Shown: positions 25,301-36,360 of the stretch, piece after piece
Numbering within the stretch: the first letter of the stretch is position 1
Layout: the number at the start of each line of letters is the position of its first letter
DNA from: Podarcis liolepis
Lineage: Eukaryota
Assembly (NCBI GenBank): GCA_965112155.1
Contig: OZ218105.1
Reading direction: 5' to 3' (one strand)
Length of the DNA stretch: 64,000 nt
Notes under the pieces: generated by a model
What the model was told of the DNA's origin: nothing
What the model saw: the letters and a program-made list of their open reading frames with translations, nothing else
Database searches by the model: none
Program-made: the position numbers and the translations under genes

Positions 25301-25960
25301 CCATGAGCTGGAATCCAAGGGAAAAGGAAACATGGGGAGAACAGCTGAAGCCGGGAGAAAATCCACCCGTTATCAGAGCTGCCAGAAAAATGGAATCCAG
25401 CCACTTCCGCTGGCATAAGGCAATTTTTGAGAGTTCCCTCTATGAGCTCAATATATCATTGCACAAACTGGCCAGAGGAACGGATTCTTATTAAGCTTCC
25501 CAAGTTCCATTCACACCTCAGGCAAAAAACTGAAGTTTAAAAAACATTTGCCTATGAACTCTATACTTTAAAAATTCTGCAAGGCCCAACCCTCAAATTT
25601 TGCAGCTGGATTTGACAAAGTCTGTAGGTATCAAAAAAATTACCTGCAATATTTTGGATAACTTTTGGAGATTTTTTTCTTCCTCCTTCCCACAGAAACC
25701 TCTCTCCCAATCTTTTTGTTGTTAGCAATTTGGAGGGTGAAGAATGAAATGAAGGGGGAAATAATTTTTCAGATTTTTCTCCACAGTTATATGGATTAAG
25801 TGGCATCTTCTTCCCACATGCCAGGTGGCTTCATGTTGAAGCTGGCTTCTGTGTGTGCTTACACAAAAATAATTTCCACTGAATTTCAAGAGGACTTACC
25901 TTAAGTTAGTGAACATAGCAGCCTTACAAAGCAATCATTGGTGTGTGTTTGATTTGTTTT

Positions 25961-25962
<2 letters not shown>

Positions 25963-25996
<34 letters not shown>
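25963..25996. repeat. (CA)n microsatellite
   Basis: Read directly. Confidence 0.95.
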
Positions 25997-25998
<2 letters not shown>

Positions 25999-26424
25999 AA
26001 GTATGCGCTGGGCTGTACCTGTGGTCAATTAATGCTACACACATAATACTCTGTATTAATTCAGTATAGTCACCACAACCTGGTTTTGTGCTCTCCATCA
26101 TTAATTCACTCAAAGAATGCTGACTCCACATGGCCTTGCTAACTGCCTTCGACTATTTACAGGATGCAGCACAGTCCCCCTTCATTCATTGCTTGTGTGA
26201 ATGGATTATCATGGAATACTAGGGAGCAGGGTGGCACTCCGGGACCTGGTAGCAAGCTTGCTGCCTCGCCCTTATTTAAACATATGCATGTTCATGTGGT
26301 CATCTGCAAAGAAGAAGCCTACACATGGAATAGCTGCTTGTGGACAGGATTGTTCTTTGCAGACCACCATGCTGACATCTAGGGGCAGGGTTGGTTAGCT
26401 CTTGTGTGTTATCCCCTTCACATG

Positions 26425-26875
26425 TGACTGGGAGTGGCCGCCGGAACCATATAACACCAGTCCTAAAGGATCTTCATTGACAACCAGTGCGTTTCTGAGC
26501 ACAATTCAAAGTGTTGGTGCTGACCTTTAAAGCCCTAAAAGGCCTCGGCCCAATATACCTGAAGAACCATCTGCAACCCCATAGCTCCAGCCTAGACACT
26601 AAGGTCCTCCTCCAAGGGTCTTCTGGTGGCTCCCTCACTGAAAAAGCAAGATAACAAGGAACCAGGCAGAGGGTCTTCTCGGTAGTTGTACCCCCTGTGG
26701 AACAACCTCCCATCAGATGTCAAGGAAATAAACAACTATCTGACTTTTAGAAGACATCAAAAGGCAGACCTGTATCAGGAAGTTTTTAACATTTGATGTT
26801 TGAGTGTGTTCTGGTGTATGCTGTGAGCCGCCCAGAATGGTAAAATTAATAATAGTAATATTGATGATGATGATG
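26425..26875 (+). mobile_element. L2-clade LINE 3' fragment
   Basis: Colinear with 35885-36360 (HITPVLKDLH, AQFKVLVLTFKAL) but more diverged. Confidence 0.88.
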
Positions 26876-29800
26876 TAAAGAGTATTGCATGCCCTGTGGG
26901 GCTCAGAGGCCCCAAGACTGCATATAAAAGACAAAACTTCTGCTATATGATCACAGATCTCTCTCAGAATAAACTTTTCCAAGCTGTTGGATCTTTCTGC
27001 ATCCACCAACCTCTGGTTCTGCCCACTGGATGTGTGAATCCACACAAGCCAAGGGGTTTTGATCACAGAATAATCAGTGGTGTAAACTTGTGAAGTGAAA
27101 GCTCCCCAGTTCTGTCCTCCAGTAGACCACACGCCTGAAATTAGTCCAGTGCCTTATTTAAGGTTAATCATTCGTCTGAGTCTTTGATCATAGTAATAAT
27201 CTACCTTAGGATTTCAGCTTGAACAGAAAAGCAGCAGAAAGGTGGATGGTCTGTTCTCCTACGGACCACAGCAGATCGCCACAGGCTAAATTGTAATCCA
27301 CGTGAAAGTCATCAACAAATCCATGGATCTGTCCCTGGAAATTGGAACACAGAAGAAAATGATAATTATGGCAGCAATCATGGAAGGGGGAAGAAATGCT
27401 TGTATGAAGCATTTGCTACTTATCTGCAGTGTGCAAAGGGCCAATTCCTAGTTTTTATTACTCACAGGGGCCTCACTCTCAAGGGTTGCCAACTTTTGAA
27501 GCATTTAAGTCCTGTAGTTGTCTGTTTCACAGCAGCTTGGTATCCAGACGTTAGTAGGTGATAATGTTTACTGCCATGCTATGAAAAGCTTTACCTGATG
27601 ACTTCTGCAAATCAAACCTTTGTTTAAATACCCAGGAGCAAACCAGGCCATCTCCTCACCTTCATATTTCCGGGGGGGGGGGGGAGTAAGATTGTGCATT
27701 CTTTTTTTCAAATCATTATCATAATCTCAAACTCAAGAGGAGGAGCAATCACTCAATATTCCATGTTAAGGCAGCTACTGAACCCCCAAATAAGGCAGAG
27801 ATCCCACAGTAAAGCAGGCAAAATTTAGATTTGTCCCACAAATAGTGCTGCAAAAACAGAATCAAAGACACTAGAACTTGAATGAAGGACAAAATATAGG
27901 TTAAACAAAGGTTACTGGTTACCTTTCCATCCAAGAGTGCTTTACCTCAAAGGAAGCTGGAGATAGCGGAAAGGAGCCGAATGATGGCTGTGGTGGATGG
28001 GATGGGGCACAAAAGAGGCCATATGGAGAGTTGAGTGCATAAAGGAAGGGTGGACAGAGAGAAGCAGAGGGAAGGATGAGAGTCACCAGTAAGCTGAAGG
28101 TCAGTCTACTGTTCATCATAGAATGACTGCTCAAAACATGGCCTGTTTCCTGGCTCCTCATCACATGAAGTGTCTCACACCAAATGATATTATACTATGT
28201 ACTGCAGCCCTGTGTCCCTCAGTAGACCCTACCTGGACTGCTAGGATGTCACAGTTTAGAGAAAAAACTTACAGAGGGCCTAGATGCGGAAAGTTTATTT
28301 ATACAAATTTCTGCAGCTTCCCCCATTTTGCTTCCCTCACAACAATTGTAGGTTTCATCTTAAATTACTAAAGGGGTTGTTGCAAATACCAGACTCCAGA
28401 AGCTGAATGATTTTAAAAATATACTAAAAAAAAGGGAAGAAGTAATAGTTCCTCCCCCCTGCTTTAAAAATACACCTAGAGAGCAGAACTGCAGCAATCT
28501 TACAGTGCCGATTCTAGGCATGTTTACTCAGAAGCAAGTCCACATGGCGCTTACTCCCAGGATTGCAGAACCTCCTCTTGAGGTTCTTTGTAGATGCTTT
28601 TGCACACAAATTTGGCAACTGGGGTCTAGTTGACTAGGGTTGCAACTGGGCTGCAGTTCATTATCGAGTTTGGTAGAAAGCGCAGGTGATAAACATGTTG
28701 GGGATGAGAGTCATTCATTCCCAGAAACAAGGGTTTCCAAAAGCCGCTTGAAGCTGGTTTGTTTACAACAGGTGCAAGGTCACTCTAAAGAATGTTCCTG
28801 CATATCTGTTTCAGTGCTGGACACAGAGAGATGTTTAGTCTGAACGCTGCTCTTGTGGTGTGAAGATGTGAGAGCGGCTCTGGCAGCTTTAGGGCTAGAT
28901 GGAACCGTTTAAACTAAACCTCTATCAGGGAGGATAGATGGTTGTATCCTGTTGTAACTGTTATGCTTAAAGAACAACCGTAAAGAATTCTGTCTGTATT
29001 TGAATGTTTCCTGCAATTTATTTCTACGCTCCATGCTAGACCTGGATCTCCTACACGCTTGGAAGCTGCGTGATACTCTGAAGGGGCCTGGTACTTGGAA
29101 GTGTACTGGACCCAAAGATAAGGAGTTTGATTGCTTAAGAAAACTCCAACAGGTCTTGGGGCCCTGTCAGAGTCTCAAGAGGTTTTGGTTAACCCCGTAA
29201 CTCCAACAAAACACACAAGTTTCTATGTATGTCACCCACTCCTTTGAGTGGAGCTGATATGCTGGGTGATGCCATATTTCCACACCTACATACTCCAACA
29301 CGGTTGCATCACAGCTCGTGTTAGTGGGACTCAAGTCTCTGAGCATAAAAATGAGTCAGTTTCCACAGTTCTCGCTGCCAGATAGACTGCCTCTGCTACT
29401 CTACCGTGAGTCAGCTCAGAAGCTGTTGTGCAAAAAAGTTATAGCCACACACCTCACTCACACTTTCCCCTCCACTGCTATCTGTATTCAGTGAATGACT
29501 GCTGCGTTTGTCTGGAGGTTTGAGGCCAAACTAACATATTTCACCATGTAAAGGTCATCACCGCATAATAGTTGCATCCCCCCCCCCTTTTTGGACCCTA
29601 AAATCAGTCCCCAGAGCGTTCACCACATGATAGTCGCTGGGGTGAAAACGCCTTGTCAGTGGGCCATTTTGTTTTGCTCTGAAGTGCTTTGTTGTGCTCC
29701 ACAGCATTTCCCCGCTTTTGTACATGAAAGGGTTCTGCTGCAGCCATTTCCCAGCCTCTTCCTGGGCCTGCCTGTGGGACATGCCTCTTGGCAGAGCCGG

Positions 29801-30046
29801 CCCTCGGCCCATGGAGGATGAGGCAGCCCTGCGTGGGAAGCAAAGGTGGCAGTGGCTGAGGAGGCCTTGCCCGACAGCTGGCGATGGAGGAGAAATGCAG
29901 CAGCAGCAGCAAGGTCTTGCCCGGAGGCGGGCAGCTGGGGCTCATGGATGTGCCCAGTGCCCAGTAACAGAGGGGTGCATGCCTGAGGCAGGGCCTGTGC
30001 AGCAAGCCCTACTTTTCCGAGTGGGGCTCATGGGGCAGGGTTAGAG

Positions 30047-30668
30047 CAGTGTTTTTCAACCACTGTTCCGTGGCACACTAGTGTGCGGCGAGATGTTGCC
30101 TGGTGTGCCGTGGGAAAAATTGAAAAATTCGAAAGATTTTTTTTTAAAAAATGTCAAATTTTCGCCCACCAGGCGGGTGCTGGACTGTGTCCACCCTATT
30201 TTCCATCCGTCCTGGGTGGGGATCAGATCGGATGGGATCGGATGAGAGCGGACAGGCGGTCCGCTCTCATCCGATTCCCCATAGAGAGCAGCGGGGCTCT
30301 GACATCTCCCTCTCCGCACACAGTGCGGAGACGGAGCTGTCATCCGCCGGCTCAGCGGGGATCAGCAGATCCGCAACGTTCGATTCCAGCCAGAATATCA
30401 GCTTTGTGTTCAGCCAAACAGGCCCAGGTTGCGCACTGAATAAAGTATTTTATAATTTTTCATATTTCTGTTTACTTACTATTTCATAATAAAGTAATTA
30501 TAAAATACTTTCTTTGTGTTTATTTGATTCCTGTTCAAGAGAATTACTTTATATATAGTCAATATAGGCACAGAGTTAAATTTTTTAACATTTTCTAATG
30601 GTGGTGTGCCTTGTGATTTTTTTCATGAAACAAGTGTGCCTTTGCCCAAAAAAGGTTGAAAAACACTG
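30047..30668. mobile_element. Young hAT (Buster/Charlie-like) non-autonomous element, 622 bp
   Basis: Perfect 15-bp TIR CAGTGTTTTTCAACC; perfect 8-bp TSD ggttagag. Confidence 0.93.
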
Positions 30669-30844
30669 GGTTAGAGACCTAGGCTAAACTATGCATTTAC
30701 TGCATAATAGTTGCACCCCCTTTTTTGGAAAAGAAAAACCAGCATCAAAAATGCAACCATTACGTGGTGAAATACGGTATTTGGAACAGAGCAGCTACAT
30801 TTATATTATCCACATGCCTGTCATGTTCACATATAAAGCAATGA

Positions 30845-31035
30845 AGACAAGAGGAGTCTGCTGGATCAAGTCAAGGGCTCCTCTAGCCAGCATCCTGTTC
30901 TCACAGTGGCCAATCAGATGCTCCAGTGGGAAACCCAAAAGCAGGGCCTGAAAGCAAGAGGACTCTCCAGCCCCCATGGCTTCCAGCAACTGATGCTCTG
31001 CAGCACTGCTGCCTCCGACTGTGGAGGCAGAGCTG
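30845..31035 (-). mobile_element. CR1 LINE 3'UTR fragment (similar fragment at 53797-53935)
   Basis: ctgctggatcaagtcaagggctcctctagccagcatcctgttctcacagtggccaatcagatg is the reverse of a typical reptile CR1 tail. Confidence 0.65.
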
Positions 31036-32341
31036 CACACGGTGAAGAGTGCATGGGAGAGGGACGCAAAAGCCTCTCCCCTGCATCTTACCTCACAGCA
31101 CCTTATTGTTTCTCAGAGTTTTCTCACAGCCTAGCTCAGCGTTGCTACTGGAGCAGGGCTGAGGGAGAGCGCAGGGAGCCAAGGCACAGAGGGCCTTTAC
31201 CTTCCCTTTCCTCAAATGTTGCTTGCCATGTAAAGAACAGCTCCCACCTCTCCTACAAAGAGGCACATATATGAATGCCCCTTCATGTTGTGGCTGACCG
31301 ACAAAGTCAAGGAGAAGCCACAGGGCTGCCTCAGTAGGCCTGGGCACGCCATCCAGAGCCCCCACGTCCAGTCAAGGCAAGGAGGGGAGGAGGGCTGAGG
31401 CTGCCTGTCCCGCCACTGACCTCCACATGTTGCCAGGAGTGCAAGAAGGAGTTCTCCTTGAGGAGATTAGGGCCATGGCCTTGTGATGTTGCTCCCTTCC
31501 ATGTCCTGGCTGAATGCATGAACTGGCAGGTGAGAAGAAGGTGAATAAGCCTCTGAGCAAGGCTCCAATATCTGGCTTTTTTCTTTAATCTATCGCCTTA
31601 AAAACATGTTGAGTTATGTCAAACTGGGAACAGAAAAAAATCATTTTATTTTATCAGCTTTTGAAAAAAACTAAGGTTATTGTTGCTTTCAGCAACCAGC
31701 CATAATGACTCAATTAAAAACAACTAGCCCATAAACAGTAAAATCTCCTGTACTATCAACAGCAAAAGACAGACAACCAATTATCTTTATATGCCCATTT
31801 CACACACATGTGCTTGGGATGCGTGTCCTTTTTTGCCCCACCCTGGTTAGACTATTAATGCGCATTTGCCTTCTTCTTTTGACAATCTCCTGTGGTATCT
31901 TCTCTCTCCACCTCCCTTTCTGTCCAGGTTGTTGTTGTTAATTAAATATCTATACTGCCCTATCCCCGATGACTCGGAAGACGCAGCGGCAGAAGAATCT
32001 CCCACAGGATACACGGGGATCTAAAAAGCCAGAAGACTTCTGAGCTAGCCTGATCAAAATGGGCCCATGGGGTTCCACCACCAGGTTCCATCCTGACTAA
32101 GTCATGGTCTTCTGGGATGCCAGGCTCTGCCCAGTTAGGCTTTCCCTAGTCTATCCTAACTCCATCTCCAGGCCCACAATGACCCAATATCCAAGGACAT
32201 ATACTTTTTAAAATCAAAAGTTGTCTCTGCCCTTTAAGACTGATTTCTGCAACAGAAGGAAGCAGAGGACATAAAGCATGTGTGACAACCCTAGAAAGGC
32301 CCATATAGCCAGCTCTAGCTAATACGAGTTCTAGTTTCCTG

Positions 32342-32382
32342 CTATTATTATTAATTATTATTATTACTACTAGTAGTACTAG

Positions 32383-32425
<43 letters not shown>

Positions 32426-32930
32426 CCACCTTTTTCCCTGACAGGACTCAAGGCAGCTTTTATACAGATAAAACAAGAACCGCTAAAATCCTAGAAAAAA
32501 AATCACTGAAAACAATTAAACATGAATAGAATTTAAACTATATGCTTATATAAAATCTGTTTAGAACATTACAAGAAGAACAGGAAAGCACCATCCCTTT
32601 CATTAAAAACCGTCAGTTCCCCAAACCCTGCTGGAACAAGGAGGTCTTCAGCTGCCGGCAGAAGGGCAAGGAGGGAGCCAGTCTACCTTCTCCAGGGAGA
32701 GACTTCCGAAGTCTGGCAGTAGCCACTGAGAAGGTCTTCTCCTGTGCCTGTGGGGGTGGTGGGACCGAGAGAAAGCCTCAAGGGTTCTCAAAAGCCAGGC
32801 AGGTTCGTATGAGGGGATACAACCTTTCAGATAGCTTGGACTAAGCCATGTAGGGCTTTATGGGTTATAACCAGCACTTTGGATCATGTCTGATGACCAG
32901 CCCCAGTCAGCGATCTGGCCGCAGCAATCA
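32342..32930 (-). mobile_element. Old L2-like LINE 3' end with (TAA)/(TAG)n microsatellite tail (32342-32420)
   Basis: Trinucleotide tail followed by L2-like gaggtcttcagctgccggcagaagg...gccactgagaagg. Confidence 0.55.
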
Positions 32931-33030
32931 AGCCATTAGGGTGTTTTCTCTAACACTCCATTATGTCAGAGCATTTCCAGCCAATGGCAGCAGGGGGTGG
33001 GGAATCTGGAGTGGCAGACCTTTTTTAGTA

Positions 33031-33268
33031 CAGTGGTACCTCAGGTTACACACTTAATTCGTTCTGGAGGTCCATTCTTAACCCGAAACTGTTCTTAACT
33101 TGAGGCACACTTTTGCTAATGGGATCTCCCGCTGTTGCTGTGCGGCCGCACGATTTCCGTTCTCATCCTGCGGCAAAGTTCTCAAACCACAGTACTACTT
33201 CCGGGTTAGCGGAGTTTGTAACCCTAAGTATTTGTAACCCAAAGCATTTGTAACCCGAGGTACCACTG
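33031..33268 (+). mobile_element. Tigger/pogo-like MITE, family A
   Basis: TA|CAGTGGTACCTC...GAGGTACCACTG|TA; copies at 45271, 47123, 50342. Confidence 0.9.
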
Positions 33269-34760
33269 TATATTAAATAGATGTAGCTATAGCAAGTATG
33301 TATAATTTCTTCCACAAAACCTTGGAACCTCTTCAGCTGTTTTTTCAGAAGTAGAATAGGAAGCAGCCAAGATTTCTATTGCATATTGCATGGAAAAAAT
33401 TATTGGGAATATTCTGAGCAGAAATAAAACCACACATAAGCTACATTAGTTTGCCTTTGGACATACCATACCAGAAGGAGCTGACAGAGCTGTTACAGTC
33501 TACCGGACCGATAATCCACAAACTGAGATGGATTCATTGTGCATGGCAGATTGTAACAGCTCCAAAGAAACCATCACTACCTGCTGCATTTATTCACTTG
33601 CTCTTTAAGGGCCCAAAACATGGGATTTCAAAGATAAGGTGCACTAGTTGTTCTGATCTGCTGCACACATAAACCCTGCCAGGAACGGGGGGGGGGGGGG
33701 ACAGCAATCTCCAGACAAAAATAAGCACTATTACATTTTCAACGTTCTGCTTCAAGGACTAAAGTTACTATGGATGACCAGAGATGGTGGGTGCACCTCT
33801 GCTAACTGCAAGGATTTACAGATCCATTTCCACTGTGATATTACCACACAAAACGCATGGGAAGATAAAAAATAATAATTCTACTGATTTGGCCAAGTAT
33901 TTCCACAACTAACGGCACAGGCTTCAGTTTGTTCCATCTGGGAAAAAGAAGCATGCTTATTTACTTAAATCAAAAGAATTTGAAACTGGTCTGTTTCCAT
34001 CCAGCACCTTCAAAGTTAGTTTCATCATAGGTCTAAACTCCATTCAGGGTTGTCATCCACCAAAATTAGGTCAAAGGGTTTATTTTGAACACATACCATG
34101 CTTTTAAATGTTTATCTTGTTTGTAAAGCTGTCAGGCTCAGGGCGTGCAGCTGCTACAGGTAAAGGATCTTTTAAGACTGGAACTAGAACAATTGCACAG
34201 CCTGCTCATGTCATCTGAAGGTTATAAACTGCCCTAAATCTGGTGAAAATTCACCCTTATAAAAATGTAACATTTATTCTGAATTTAACAAAACATTTAT
34301 AATGCTTGAATTTAAGGAAACCTCTATGTGGTTAAAAAAATAAAATTATTGATAAAATAATTGATAAAATAATTTTAAAAAATTAAATTATTGATAAAAC
34401 CTGTTAGAAATTGGTATTTTAAAATATTCAAAAATTGATTAAAATCAACAGCAGCTAAAATGAAACAGAAGGCATGTAACTTCTGCATGTGTGGATAGAC
34501 TTGTCAAAACAAAAATGTTTTAAGCAGCTTCTGAAAAGAGCATAGCAAAGACTCCTGCCTACTGTCCCTAGATAGCGAGTTCCAACGTGTAGATGCTGAA
34601 AAAGTGGTTTCTTACAAGTGCAGAATCAGTATTATGTGGTACCTGCAAAAGTGCCAGTTCCACATGGTCCCTTGGGTAAGCCAGAACCACTCTAGCACAC
34701 TGCTGCAATTCTCATGCCACAGAGCTGCCCCAGGTTCATGTGAAGGGTTCCATGTGGCTT

Positions 34761-35081
34761 AAAGGGGTAAAGAACCCCTGACAGTTAAGTCCAGTCGCGG
34801 ATGACTCTGGGGTTGCAGCACTCATCTCGCTTTATTGGCCGAGGGAGCCAGTGTACAGCTTCTGGGTCATGTGGCCAGCATGACTAAGCTGCTTCTGGCA
34901 AAACCAGAGCAGCGCACGGAAACGCCGTTTACCTTCCTTCCGGAGCAGTATCTATTGATCTACTTGCACTCTGACGTGCTTTTGAACTTCTAGGTTGGCA
35001 GGAGCAGGGACCGAGCAACGGGAGCTCACCCCGTCACGGGGATCCGAACCACTGACCTTCTGATCGGCAAGGCCTAGGCTC
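34761..35081 (-). mobile_element. Sauria SINE
   Basis: Reverse complement of the 15095 copy. Confidence 0.92.
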
Positions 35082-35569
35082 CATGAGGCTTACTCCCAGG
35101 TAAATGCGTATAGTATTGCAGTTTTGATTGAAACCAGTTTGAAAGAAGATTCTTCAGGCTACAGAGCATAAAAGCCAGGAAGTATTCTTGGAGGTGATAA
35201 GGTTTGTTGAAAGAACTTATTCCCACAACTGCCAAAGTTTTGCAGAGCTCCCTACACCAAAGTACATAATTGGGATTATGTCCTCCAGCTGTAAAGGAGA
35301 AGGAACAGCTACTAGGTGAATTAGAATGCCCACTTTCCAAGGTGAATATCTTCCAGGAAGGGACCTATTTGAATGCCCCATGAAACAGGATAACCACACC
35401 AGAATAGAATAGGGCATCCTATGCAGGATCCCCACAGGATTTTCTGGCCCTGTACACTGTATGTGGATTGGTCCCTCCAATCCACTGAAAGTAAGAGGGC
35501 ATAAATTTGCATTAAATTTGCATATGATTTGCGTCATATGTAGATACATGTCCAAAAGTATCTAACAGG

Positions 35570-36360
35570 AGGCGGGCAGGTGTGGAGGATTCCCTGGTCC
35601 TGAATGGGGTAACTGTGCCCCTGAAGGACCAGGTGCGCAGCCTGGGAGTCATTTTGGACTCACAGCTGTCCATGGAGGCACAGGTTAAATCCGTGTCCAG
35701 GGCAGCTGTGTACCAGCTCCATCTGGTACGTAGGCTGAGACCCTATCTGCCTGCGGACTGCCTCGCCAGAGTGGTGCATGCTCTGGTTATCTCTCGCTTG
35801 GAATACTGCAATGCGCTCTACGTGGGGCTACCTTTGAAGGTGACTCGGAAACTACAACTAATCCAGAATGCAGCAGCTAGACTGGTGACTGGGGGCGGCC
35901 GCCGAGACCATATAACACCGGTCTTGAAAGACCTACATTGGCTCCCAGTACGTTTCCGAGCACAATTCAAAGTGTTGGTGCTGACCTTTAAAGCCCTAAA
36001 CGGCCTCGGTCCAGTGTATCTGAAGGAGCGTCTCCTCCCCCATCGTTCTGCCCAGACACTGAGGTCCAGCTCCGAGGGCCTTCTGGCGGTTCCCTCACTG
36101 CGAGAGGCCAAGTTACAGGGAACCAGGCAGAGGGCCATCTCGGTAGAGGCGCCCGCCCTGTGGAACGCCCTCCCATCAGATGTCAAAGCGATAAACAACT
36201 ACCTGACATTCAGAAGACATCTGAAGGCAGCCCTGTTCAGGGAAGTTTTTAATATGTGACATTTTAGTGTATTTTTCATCTTTGTTGGAAGCCGCCCAGA
36301 GTGGCTGGGGAAACCCAGCCAGATGAGCGGGGTACAAATAATAAATTATTATTATTATTA
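35570..36360 (+). mobile_element. Young L2-clade LINE, 5'-truncated, with intact 225-aa ORF2 C-terminus
   Basis: VRSLGVILDSQLS...LVISRLEYCNALYVGLP...LQLIQNAAARLV...HITPVLKDLHWLPV; (TTA)n tail; CpGs retained. Confidence 0.93.

Noticed and set aside
35582-36259. 225-aa ORF as a host gene
   Set aside because: It is the C-terminal part of L2 ORF2 in a truncated retrotransposon copy.
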